A DNA stretch of 64,000 bases from Eledone cirrhosa. Lineage: Eukaryota. Location: positions 150,660,001-150,724,000 of the forward strand of contig OZ024743.1 of the NCBI GenBank assembly GCA_964016885.1, given 5' to 3'. The notes beneath the pieces are model-generated. The model had not been told where the DNA came from, made no database searches, and saw nothing but the letters and a program-made list of their open reading frames with translations. Positions 53,274-64,000 of this stretch are shown here, one piece after another; position 1 is the first letter of the stretch; each line of letters starts with the position of its first letter. The translations under genes and the position numbers were made by a program.

Positions 53274-54254
53274 CACAACAAAGCAGAGATATATGAAAAA
53301 TGGCTTAACTCAACCCCTCTAACTCTCCCCCGTAAACTACAAATAAAGTCCATTCCAAATGAACCCGAACCTCAAAGACACCTTAGGGAAAGAATGGCAT
53401 TGGAAAAAATGAAGACAGAAATTGAACTTCTTAAACTGAGGGCCCAGACAAATGAGGAAAAAATCAAAACCATCGATGAAGAGATCCTCCTGGAAATCAA
53501 CAACAAAACTGAAGGCCCCAAGGTAGAGAAGATCTCCAAATTATGGAAAGGGGACTGCAACAGAGAAGAACTGAAATCCCTTCAACGCTGGGAAAAAAGT
53601 GCCGCTTGGTTCCTACACTATGAATCGACTTTTCAAACGGATTACACCTCCAATAACCCGTTCATAAAAATAGGAAAACCCATAACTGAACCGCACAACA
53701 ACTTCTCAAACCCCCAAGCCTCAAACAAACGAAGAAGGAAGCACCACACCGAAGATGAACTTCCCAACCTCGCTACCATAAGAAGGAACAAAAACCCAAG
53801 AAATCATCTCCCCCAGAATGACATTTACAACTTTCCCCCTTCAAGGAGACACCATACCAAATCACTCAACTACTACGCGGATTCCTCATCGTCAAACATA
53901 GGGAAAAGATACCACCGCCATGATAGATCCAACAACTTCCCCGCCTCAAGGGGACAGCAAGGTAATTACCATTTTCTCAACTCTCACTTCCACAATACAC
54001 AACAAACCCACACCACACGATACAACCAACAACGTAGGCCACTTATAACACCACAATACAACATGGCACATAGAAACACACACCCATACTCGCAGTACAG
54101 GAACACCCCATTCAATCTACAACCACCAACCCGAACCACATTTTACAACAACAAGGAATATAACAAACACAGGAGACCACTTAACATCAGCAGACAACCC
54201 CTCTACCCCAACCATTTTTTAGACACAGCACACAGATACAGGCAAACAAAATAA
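53274..54254 (+). CDS. PLE upstream ORF (5'-truncated at the inversion junction); coiled-coil-like then basic N/H/R-rich region
   Basis: Frame is open from the junction (HNKAEIYEKW...) through MALEKMKTEIELLKLR... to TAA at 54254, at least 326 codons. Confidence 0.75.
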   Translation, partial: HNKAEIYEKWLNSTPLTLPRKLQIKSIPNEPEPQRHLRERMALEKMKTEIELLKLRAQTNEEKIKTIDEEILLEINNKTEGPKVEKISKLWKGDCNREELKSLQRWEKSAAWFLHYESTFQTDYTSNNPFIKIGKPITEPHNNFSNPQASNKRRRKHHTEDELPNLATIRRNKNPRNHLPQNDIYNFPPSRRHHTKSLNYYADSSSSNIGKRYHRHDRSNNFPASRGQQGNYHFLNSHFHNTQQTHTTRYNQQRRPLITPQYNMAHRNTHPYSQYRNTPFNLQPPTRTTFYNNKEYNKHRRPLNISRQPLYPNHFLDTAHRYRQTK

Positions 54255-56539
54255 CACAAGACAGGGAGGAGAAACCGATAGTAATAAAAATTATCAATCT
54301 TACTAGTGCAGAACCAACACCCAACCTTATCAACTTACTCTCCAAAGGTCTTAAATTCACACCGACCCCACTACGTCCTAACTACTATGAAATGAAGGAA
54401 GACATCACAGACTTCTGTAGAAAGTTACGACTTAGTGAACAACTATTCGACCAGTACAATGAGGATGAATCATTAGCCAGAAATAGAAGCAATTACACCC
54501 CTTCAAAAGGTAGAAATAAAATCCTGGACGAATTCTGTGAACACATCACAAACTTCCCTTACCAACACTTGCACAGACAAAAACACAAGCCAAACCTCAA
54601 CAAGAAAGAATGCGAAGAATTAAATAGATTAAAAACCGACAGAACCATTACAATTAAAGAGGCTGATAAAGGGAGTACAGTAGTCCTAATGGAGACAGAA
54701 TTCTATATCAACTTAGCGCTCTCCACTTTGGAAAACGAAACATACTACGAAAAGGCTGAACACTACAATCAACAGAAAATTATGAGAAACCTAAAAACTC
54801 TAATCAACCAATACAAAGAAGGACTCACTAACAAGGAATTCAGCTTCATCACAGACTTCACAAGTAAATCCAGCCTTTTCTACGGTATCCCTAAAGTACA
54901 TAAAAGCGAATCAATCAGTAAGGCATGCAAGGAAGCCACAGACATAGTCATCAATGTCCCCTCACCCAATGATCTCAAATTAAGACCTATAATAGCAGGC
55001 CCCGCTTGCGAAACGCACCGTCTTAGCAACTTCATTGATACCCTTCTCAAACCCTTCCTCAAGCACATCAAAAGCTATATAAGGGACGACCTAGATATGC
55101 TCAATCACCTCCCTAATATGCCACTTTCTGAACAAACCCTACTAGTGACGTTCGATGTAGTCAACCTATACTCCAACATCCCCCACAACCTAGGAATAGA
55201 AGCTATCCAATTCTGGCTGGATAACTTCCACAATGAACTCCCACAACGCATCAAAAAAGAATTCGTGATAGAGGGACTCAAATTTATCTTGGAGAACAAT
55301 TACTTCGTTTTCAATAACAAACCCTACAGGCAGAAATCTGGGACCGCTATGGGAACGAAAACAGCCCCTACGTATGCCAACCTAGTCATGGGATACCTGG
55401 AAATCACCCTCTACACTAAAGTCCTAAACAAATTTGGAAACACCCTCCACTTACACATTGAAAGGAACTGGAAGCGATATCTTGATGACTGCTTCATCCT
55501 TTGGCACGAAAACATCGAAAAACTTAAAGAATTTCACACCCTTATAAATGGGCTCAACACAAATATTAACTTCACGATGGAATACAGCCATCAACAACTC
55601 CCCTTCCTCGACATCCTCATTAAGATCCATAACAAAAAAATAGAAACAGACATATACTACAAGCCCACAGACTCCAAGCAATACCTCCCCTTCAACTCTT
55701 GCCACCCTAGACACGTTAAAATTAATATTCCCTACAACTTAGCCAAGAGAATCTGTACTATAGTCTCCAATAAAAACATCTGCTACTTACGGCTACAAGA
55801 ACTAAAGGACACACTCATAGGCAGGGACTACCCTGCATCACTAATTGACAATGGAATCCAACGTGCCCTAAAACTCAGTACCCAGGACCTTAGACACCCT
55901 AAAGTAAATCAACCAAAACTAAAAGCTCTTCCATACATCTCCACACACAACCCCCTCAACAACGAGGCCTTTGACACCATCCTCCAGAACATCCCTGTAT
56001 TGAAAAAGGACCATAGAATGAACCAAATTCTACGAACACACGATATCATAAAGAGCAAAAGACAATCCAAGTCAATGAAAAACATCTTAACACATGCCAA
56101 AGTACTGCCAACCACAACAACGAAACCCACAGTAAAAAAATGCGATAGACCCAACTGTGGCATTTGCATCAACCTAATAGAGGGTTCGGAATTCTATTTC
56201 AAAGATGGACAACGTTTTATAGTAAAACACAATTTCACATGTGCATCGGAAAATTTAATATATGTATTAACTTGTTCAGGTTGTCGAGAACAATACATAG
56301 GCCAGACCAAAAACACCCTCCGCCAACGCATGACTGTCCATAGATCCCAAATTAAAATACGGGAATACAGGAAAATACCACTGAGTGAACACATTGATAC
56401 CTGCGCCGCCCAAAATCATCCCAACTTCAGAATCTTTCCCCTCTACAAATTTAAAGATAATGCCACCCACACCCAGCGCATCAGCAAGGAATCTTACTTC
56501 ATTAACAAATACGGACCCCGTCTAAACACTTCTCCCTAA
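54185..56539 (+). CDS. Intact PLE reverse transcriptase plus C-terminal GIY-YIG endonuclease (first ATG at 54392)
   Basis: LLSKGLKFTPTP, KEADKG, FYGIPKVHK, LRPII, FDVVNLY, GTAMG, RYLDD, CDRPNCGIC zinc-finger linker, LIYVLTC..C..QYIGQT. No stops from 54185. Confidence 0.96.
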   Translation, partial: HQQTTPLPQPFFRHSTQIQANKITQDREEKPIVIKIINLTSAEPTPNLINLLSKGLKFTPTPLRPNYYEMKEDITDFCRKLRLSEQLFDQYNEDESLARNRSNYTPSKGRNKILDEFCEHITNFPYQHLHRQKHKPNLNKKECEELNRLKTDRTITIKEADKGSTVVLMETEFYINLALSTLENETYYEKAEHYNQQKIMRNLKTLINQYKEGLTNKEFSFITDFTSKSSLFYGIPKVHKSESISKACKEATDIVINVPSPNDLKLRPIIAGPACETHRLSNFIDTLLKPFLKHIKSYIRDDLDMLNHLPNMPLSEQTLLVTFDVVNLYSNIPHNLGIEAIQFWLDNFHNELPQRIKKEFVIEGLKFILENNYFVFNNKPYRQKSGTAMGTKTAPTYANLVMGYLEITLYTKVLNKFGNTLHLHIERNWKRYLDDCFILWHENIEKLKEFHTLINGLNTNINFTMEYSHQQLPFLDILIKIHNKKIETDIYYKPTDSKQYLPFNSCHPRHVKINIPYNLAKRICTIVSNKNICYLRLQELKDTLIGRDYPASLIDNGIQRALKLSTQDLRHPKVNQPKLKALPYISTHNPLNNEAFDTILQNIPVLKKDHRMNQILRTHDIIKSKRQSKSMKNILTHAKVLPTTTTKPTVKKCDRPNCGICINLIEGSEFYFKDGQRFIVKHNFTCASENLIYVLTCSGCREQYIGQTKNTLRQRMTVHRSQIKIREYRKIPLSEHIDTCAAQNHPNFRIFPLYKFKDNATHTQRISKESYFINKYGPRLNTSP
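54215..54221 (+). promoter_or_regulatory. Candidate -1 ribosomal frameshift slippery site U UUU UUA
   Basis: CAT TTT TTA is in the ORF1 frame, inside the 70-nt ORF1/RT overlap; the RT ORF is in the -1 frame. Confidence 0.65.
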
Positions 56540-57040
56540 GACGAACCCACAACATACACACGTCAACATACATACCTACATCAGCACACATCTCTACCCA
56601 CATATAAACACAATGACACACGTAAACACACATGCTCTATGGTGCAATACAAAAAAATATATGTGCATATATATGTATGTATATATGTATATATATATAT
56701 ATATATATATGTAGTGAAAATATATATGTGTGTGTGTGTGTGTATATATATATAGTGAATATCATTTCACACCTTTTATTGTTAAGATTGTTGATGTTCT
56801 ATTAAGAGAACCGATTTTACTGAAAAAATCGAATAATGTACACCATTTTACCAGGGGGGAAAAAATACTGGTCCACCCACACACGCACACACACACACAT
56901 ATATACACAAACACATACACACGCGTACATCAACATACAAAGAGACTTATACACACACACACACACACACGCACTTCTCCGTATAAGACAAAAGCTGAAA
57001 AATATCTTTTGACCTTCGAATGACTCTGCTGTGTGTATGT

Positions 57041-57074
<34 letters not shown>

Positions 57075-57143
57075 ATCTTAATAGCCATTTGACACACATC
57101 GCTGGTGGCTATTGTCGCAGCATCGAACACCTTACTACTACTA

Positions 57144-57213
<70 letters not shown>

Positions 57214-57238
57214 TTGTTGTGAAAGAGTCATTTCTCAA

Positions 57239-57472
57239 TCTTGGCGCAAAACCAATTTTTTATCCACATGACCTCTACCGACCAATCAAAATTGTTTTGA
57301 CCATAATTTTTGCTGGAGCCACTTTTCTAACATTTTAACATAAAAACAGTCTTGGCGCAAAATCAACTTTTTACATTCACATGACCTCTACCGACCAATC
57401 AAAATTGTTTTGACCACAAGCATTTTTGCAACACAAAAATAACGCTGGAGCCATTTTTTTAACATAAAAACA
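57239..57472 (+). repeat. ~110-120-bp tandem duplication in the PLE 3' region (mirrored at 51107-51340)
   Basis: tcttggcgcaaaa...cacatgacctctaccgaccaatcaaaattgttttgacca...aacataaaaacag occurs twice. Confidence 0.9.
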
Positions 57473-57754
57473 GGTAGAATTCCCAAAACTAATCAGATCA
57501 GAGCAAACAGCACGGACACTCTATCTCAAAATTATTTTTGAAAAGCATTTAGAAATGCGCAACCGGTAAAAACTTAAAAACTTAAAACCACAACTGAATA
57601 CTAACCCATACAATCATTAATACTCTTTTATTCCTAATTAAACCATTTTTCAACTGTGAACAATTTGTCAGCATTTTGTATTCCGTTTACCAATATATAA
57701 TAACTTGTGTGTTACACCTCTATTCTTTTAACTATATATATATATATATGTATA

Positions 57755-57815
<61 letters not shown>

Positions 57816-57917
57816 ATATAGGAACCAGTAAGACCCCGACGGCTGAGCTCAAACCGTTTCGACGGCTAATTCTGGATATGTATATATATATATATATATG
57901 TATATAAATATATATAT

Positions 57918-60900
57918 ATATTTCGTTTCTGAATTTGTTTAGCAAGATTCTTTATCTGAAATCGTGTGTTGAAACCGATATTGTTATACTTTGGGAGGGT
58001 CATGTTGCCAATAAGAAACACACGCACTAGTTTCTTTCACTTCAATTTATTATAATAAATTTATAAATTTATAAATTTCTGGTTGGTTGGTTGGTTCCAC
58101 AACCAGATAGTTGTTTATATGTTGTCATAGTTCTTTCGTCATACACACTCTGTGACCTCTTCAGTGACTGGGGATACCTTTCTTTGTTTTTGTGCCTCTC
58201 CTTTGTTCTGTCCTACGCCATTTTGTTTCTGTGTGTGTGTTGTGTGCTCAGTCTGCGCATGCGCCACATCTGGGCGTCTGTGTGTGTTTATGTTCATTTA
58301 TTTATTTGTTTATTTACATGTTACTGGTTGGTTGTTTGTTCTATGTGTGTGTGTGTTTTCATTTTGTCCTTAATTGTAAGTTGTGATGTTGCTGTTCCAC
58401 TCATGTTTTCTATTTAATTTTGGTTGTAATTCTTTTATGTTTATTGCCTCTGTGATTTGTCTAAACATTGCGTCTTTTCTGTGTGTAGATTCTATTTTTA
58501 TTTCTGTTCTCTAATTTACCCTTGTGTTCTATTTTAGCATATTGGTAGAGTACAGATGATTCTTTACTATCTTGAAGGTCTCGCCAGTGTTCATTTATCC
58601 GTTCCCCTACACTACGAGCTGTCTCACCTATGTACACAATATTTTTGTCTCTACATTGTCCTTCAGTACATCTTATGCTATACACTACATTTCTAGTTTT
58701 ACAGTTAATATGTGGGCTTATTTTACAGGTTATACATTTCTTATCTATACATGAGGGTCTTTGAAAAGGGTATGTCTTGCTAATAAGTGTTTTTACGGAG
58801 GTACCTGGTCTTTCTACTATCTTAATATTGAGTTTATGTTTATCTAGGGCCCTTCTAAATTTGTAAGCTAATTCACCTCTAGGGGTTGTATCGATGAACA
58901 TTACACTCTGGTATTTATTGCTATCATACCATGAGTTTATTCTATTAGCCTTGTTCCTAGTTCTTTCTATTCTATTCCAAAATTTGCTCCTATACAAGGG
59001 GCAGGTCCCATTTATGTCATTATTTACCATTTTTTAAAAAACATTTTTTCCCATTTGGTTCTGGCTCCTCTATACACTCTGATTTTATCTCTCTGATTGT
59101 AGCCAGAGAACTGCATACGGTGGATGAAGTGTTGTATGTGTCTCTCTAGTTCTTCGGGGGTTGCACATGCAGGACACGTTTCTCATCACCCGTACCAAAT
59201 CCGCAATCAGTATGTTGATTTTGGTATGGTCCGAAACGGCCGAGTTTCGGTGGATCAGATGTTTGGAAGTCATGGGTTTGGCATAATGGGAATGGAGGAT
59301 TTGTTTTTTGTTATTAATGGTATCTAACCAGAGCTCTGTGTCTAGTACAGGTAATCGATGGTTGGAGTGTTTACTTGGGTAGTCTATAGTAACTCTAATG
59401 CTCTGGTGGATGGAGTAAGTCGTGGTGTGGACTCGTCGCAGGTCGAACGATTTATCGGAGGGATTATAAAAAGTAGAGTTCCAGGCTGCTGCTTTATGTG
59501 TACTAGTGCTATTGTTATTGTTAGTTGTGTTGTTTCTATTTCTATTTCCACCAACAGCCTCATGGTTGTTTCTATGTCTCTCATAATTACTCCTGTCTCT
59601 TTCCACTGGTTCATTGTTGTTATCTACCCTATTTTGTGTGTCTGTGTGTTCGTCTTGGTTATTTTCTTTGTCCTTAGTCTCCCTTCTCCTTTTAATCCTA
59701 TTATTTTCCCTTATTTCTGTGATTTCTGTGCTACTGTCATTACTTGTTTTCTGTGTCTGTGTGTTTGTTAAGATTGTGGTGGCGGTGAGAGGCATTGAAT
59801 GTGTGTGTGTTGTTGTTGATGTGTGCTGTTGTTGATGTGTGTTGTTGTTGTCTCCGTGTGTGTTATTATTGTTGTGTGTGTTGTTATTGTTGTTTGTGTC
59901 TGCGTGTCTGTTGTTGTTGTTTCTGGGTATGTTATTATTGTTGTTGTTGTTGGTGGTGGTGGTGTGTGTGTTGTCGTTATTGTTGTTTGTGTCTGTGTGT
60001 CTGTTGTTGTTGGGATGTGTGTTGTATATGTGTGTATATTGTTACTTTTGTTTTTGTTTTTGTTTTTGTTTTTGAGGCTCCAGCGTCGTTTTGTAAATGA
60101 TTTTTCTATTTCTGACAGACAACTAATCATATTTACCTTCTTGAATGTCGCAAATTTCGGTGGTAGACGTAATACAGATAACTCATCGTCATCTATTACC
60201 GTGTTGCCGTATATATCTGTGTTGTTGTTGTTGTTGAACTCATCTGTTAATGAGGTGTCGGCCATATTTATACCGTCAATTTTGTCGGGATATCTATTGG
60301 TATTCTCTACAGTAACCTCATTTAGCTTTATCTGCTTAAGCCACTTTAGTTTCTTGTTAAACTGCTTATCACATTCTTGAGTTATGTACTGTTCTTCAGG
60401 ACGTATAAGGCTTATAAATATTAGTTTCTCTCTTGGTGTGGTGATCCTAGCTATTTCTTGTATTAGGTTACGCTTATGTTTTTCTTGATGACTTAATTCT
60501 CTATAGATCTTCTTTTTTATGTTTAGAATTAGTGTTCGTTTTAGCCTATCTGCTTGTTTTTTGGTGAGTTGTAATCTTCTTACGTCGGTGTTGATGGTGT
60601 TGGTGTAAACTCGGGACGAGGCACATTCTTTTATGAAGTGTAGTTGTCGAGATGTTATGGTTTTTCGTAAACAGAACATGGTGGTTTTCAGTATCTTATT
60701 AGCCTGGCTAAGGCTTACGATATTTCGTTTCTGAATTTGTTTAGCAAGATTCTTTATCTGAAATCGTTATACTTTGGGAGGGTCATGTTGCCAATAAGAA
60801 ACACACGCACCAGTTGCTTTCACTTCAATTTATTATAATAAATTGTTATACTTTAGGAGGGTCATGTTGCAAATAAGAAACACACGCACCAGTTGCTTTC

Positions 60901-61018
60901 ACTTCAATTTATTATAATAAATTTATAATAAATTTATAATAAATTTATAAATTTCTGGTTGGTTGGTTGGTTCCACAACCAGATAGTTGTTTATATATTG
61001 TCATAGTTCTTTCGTCAC
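57918..61018 (-). mobile_element. Second PLE family (tentatively Nematis-like): partial pLTR - body - pLTR, with the RT core deleted
   Basis: 57918-58141 is directly repeated at 60720-61018. N-terminal ORF at 59768-60679, GIY-YIG at 58461-59030, deletion junction at 59417-59420. Confidence 0.9.
58124..58168 (-). ncRNA. Minimal type I hammerhead ribozyme in the pLTR
   Basis: gtca-CTGAAGA-ggtca...tgac-GAAA-gaacTA-tgac. Confidence 0.88.
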
Positions 61019-64000
61019 ACACAGACACAGAAAACAAGTAATGACAGTAGCACAGAAATCACAGAAATAAGGGAAAGTAATAGGATTAAAAGGAGAAGGG
61101 AGACTAAGGACAAAGAAAATAACCAAGACGAACACACAGACACACAAAATAGGGTAGATAACAACAATGAGCCAGTGGAAAGAGACAGGAGTAATTATGA
61201 GAGACATAGAAACAACCATGAGGCTGTTGGTGGAAATAGAAATAGAAACAACACAACTAACAATAACAATAGCACTAGTACACATAAAGCAGCAGCCTGG
61301 AACTCTACCTTTTATAATCCCTCCGATAAATCGTTCGACCTGCGACGAGTCCACGCCACGACTTTACCATTTAACAAACGCACGCAATTGCCGTCACAGG
61401 TCGATGAACAAACAGAAGCACGATTTAGTATAGCTGGATCCGAACTTAGAAATATTATAGAACAGTATAGCAAGAAGCATAATAGAATGGAGGCCCAGCA
61501 ACTGGGAGAAAAATCTGCAAATGGCTTGCGTAAGCTCATGCAGCGCTCGCGTAATGGAGAGATAGCATGCTTTCCAACAGACAAGTCTGGCAGAATGTCG
61601 GTTGACAGCCTGCCAAACTACATCCAGGCAATGCAACCTCACATCACTAACACAAGAGAGGTAACACCACAGGAGCATGAGGATAGAGAAAAAGCCCTCA
61701 ATGCCCATATGGTGATGTGGACGAATGTAATGCAGCCCAACAAAAGGACTGCCAACAACTTCCAGGCCTGGAAAAATGACGTGCCAGCGTTGTATGGGCT
61801 TCGAAAAGACCATAAAACGAGCAGTGACCCTGTCACGGGACCACCAACACGGCCAGTCTGTGGAGCTAACATTGCTAGTAACTACAGACTGTCCTACTTC
61901 CGCTCCCTGATCACACGCCCCATCATTGAAATGTCTCCAGATGTATGTGACAGCACGGAGGACTTCCTCAGCAGAATCGGCGAGGGTAACCTATCTAGGG
62001 ACCTAACAAACTGCATAATAGATAGTATGGATGTTGTGTCCCTGAATCCATCTATTGACGTGGATTTTGCTGTGGAGAAATGCGTAGAAATTATCAGTGA
62101 GAGCAATGTTGAGTTCCGTGGGATTGATACCAGTGAGCTGGGACTCCTACTTAAACTTACCTATAGTAATAATTACCTAGACACATATGACCTTAGCAAC
62201 CTGTGCCCTACAAGACCAGCAAGAGGCAGACCACCTACCATTACCTCAATGGCCAAGAAAACCCACACAGCTAGATGGAACGGGTGGACCAGAGCCATAC
62301 GGACACCCGAAAACCACGATGAACTGAAGAAAATGATTGCACATGCGGCCAGCATAAAACTAACCCTTAAGGAACATATGTTCAAATTTAATGGAAAAAC
62401 ATATGCCCAAGAGGAAGGAGCAGCCATTGGTTTTAGCATTGTAGGCGACATAGCTAACTTATTCATGGTATGGTGGGACAGTAGACTTAAACTAAACTTA
62501 AAGAACAATTAGAAGACCCCTTAACCCTGATAATGTACTCCCGCTACGTTGATGATATAAACATCGTAGTTAAGACACCCCCACTAGAGAACAGTCAGGA
62601 ACTAGAGAAAAACACAATGGAAAGCATCCAGCAAATAACTTACTCCATCCACCAGAGCATTAGAGTTACTATAGACTACCCAAGTAAACACTCCAACCAT
62701 CGATTACCTGTACTAGACACAGAGCTCTGGTTAGATACCATTAATAACAAAAAACAAATCCTCCATTCCCATTATGCCAAACCCATGACTTCCAAACATC
62801 TGATACACCGAAACTCGGCCGTTTCGGACCATACCAAAATCAACATACTGATTGCGGATTTGGTACGGGTGATGAGAAACGTGTCCCGCATGTGCAACCC
62901 CCGAAGAACTAGAGAGACACATACAACACTTCAACCACCGTATGCAGTTCTCTGGCTACAATCAGAGATATAAAATCAGAGTGTATAGAGGAGCCAGAAC
63001 CAAATGGGAAAAAATGGTTTTTAAAAAATGGTAAATAATGACATAAATGGGACCTGCCCCTTGTATAAGAGCAAATTTTGGAATAGAATAGAAAGAACTA
63101 GGAACAAGGCTAATAGAATAAACTCATGGTATGATAGCAATAAATACCAGAGTGTAATGTTCATCGATACAACCCCTAGAGGTGAATTAGCTTACAAATT
63201 TAGAAGGGCCCTAGATAAACATAAACTCAATATTAAGATAGTAGAAAGACCAGGTACCTCCGTAAAAACACTTATTAGCAAGACATACCCTTTTCAAAGA
63301 CCCTCATGTATAGATAAGAAATGTATAACCTGTAAAATAAGCCCACATATTAACTGTAAAACTAGAAATGTAGTGTATAGCATAAGATGTACTGAAGGAC
63401 AATGTAGAGACAAAAATATTGTGTACATAGGTGAGACAGCTCGTAGTGTAGGGGAACGGATAAATGAACACTGGCGAGACCTTCAAGATAGTAAAGAATC
63501 ATCTGTACTCTACCAACATGCTAAAATAGAACACAAGGGTAAATTAGAGAACATAGAAATAAAAATAGAATCTACACACAGAAAAGACGCAATGTTTAGA
63601 CAAATCACAGAGGCAATAAACATAAAAGAATTACAACCAAAATTAAATAGAAAACATGAGTGGAACAGCAACATCACAACTTACAATTAAGGACAAAATG
63701 AAAACACACACACACACATAGAACAAACAACCAACCAGTAACATGTAAATAAACAAATAAATAAACGAACATAAACACACACCGACATCCGGATGTGGCG
63801 CATGCGCAGACTGAGCACACAACACACACACAGAAACAAAATGGCGTAGGACAGAACAAAGGAGAGGCACAAAAACAAAGAAAGGAATCCCCAGTCACTG
63901 AAGAGGTCACAGAGTGTGTATGACGAAAGAACTATGACAATATATAAACAACTATCTGGTTGTGGAACCAACCAACCAACCAGAAATTTATAAATTTATA
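61019..64000 (+). pseudogene. Inverted 5'-truncated copy of the second PLE: RT plus GIY-YIG with stop and frameshifts; runs off the window
   Basis: LYGLRKDHK, GPPTRPVCGA, MDVVSL.PS, RYVDD, HYAKPM, VVYSIRC...YIGETARS; breaks at ~62510, ~62900 and ~63020. Confidence 0.92.
63894..63938 (+). ncRNA. Minimal type I hammerhead ribozyme in the pLTR
   Basis: gtca-CTGAAGA-ggtcacagagtgtgtatgac-GAAA-gaacTA-tgac. Confidence 0.88.

Larger units (their letters stand above)
50881..57732. mobile_element. Young Neptune-type Penelope-like element: inverted 5'-truncated copy (50881-53272) fused head-to-head to a longer copy (53273-57732)
   Basis: 50881-53272 is the reverse complement of 55308-57696 with about a dozen differences seen by eye; (TA)n on both sides. 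Confidence 0.95.

Noticed and set aside
50881-57696. A-to-I editing signature between the inverted arms
   Set aside because: The few differences are mixed (A/G both ways, C/T, transversions) with no directional A>G bias.
60757-60763. tttcag splice acceptor-like site in the pLTR (minus strand)
   Set aside because: The intact pLTR copy reads through it in frame from an ATG, so no intron is needed.

Overview
AT-rich, microsatellite-saturated eukaryotic DNA, most likely from an octopus or other cephalopod (inferred from the SINE and RTE repeat families, not proven). No host protein-coding gene can be confidently called, and most ORFs in the track are (TA)n/(CA)n artefacts. The window is mostly retroelement debris: RTE LINEs, HERO-, CRE- and CR1-like fragments, tRNA-type SINEs, two Helitron-like elements, a piggyBac-type MITE and a Tc1/mariner remnant. 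The dominant signal is at least three Penelope-like element (PLE) families and several hammerhead-ribozyme (HHR) carrying fragments. These are repeatedly inserted into (TA)n tracts as inverted pairs with their 3' ends pointing outward. The most notable item is a young Neptune-type PLE at 50881-57732 with two overlapping ORFs. Its RT-GIY-YIG ORF has no ATG before the conserved N-terminal motif and lies in the -1 frame of an upstream ORF, with an in-phase U UUU UUA slippery heptamer in the overlap: a candidate gag-pol-style programmed -1 frameshift. Also notable is a ~440-bp retrozyme-like unit with an HHR and three octamer motifs spaced 33 bp apart.
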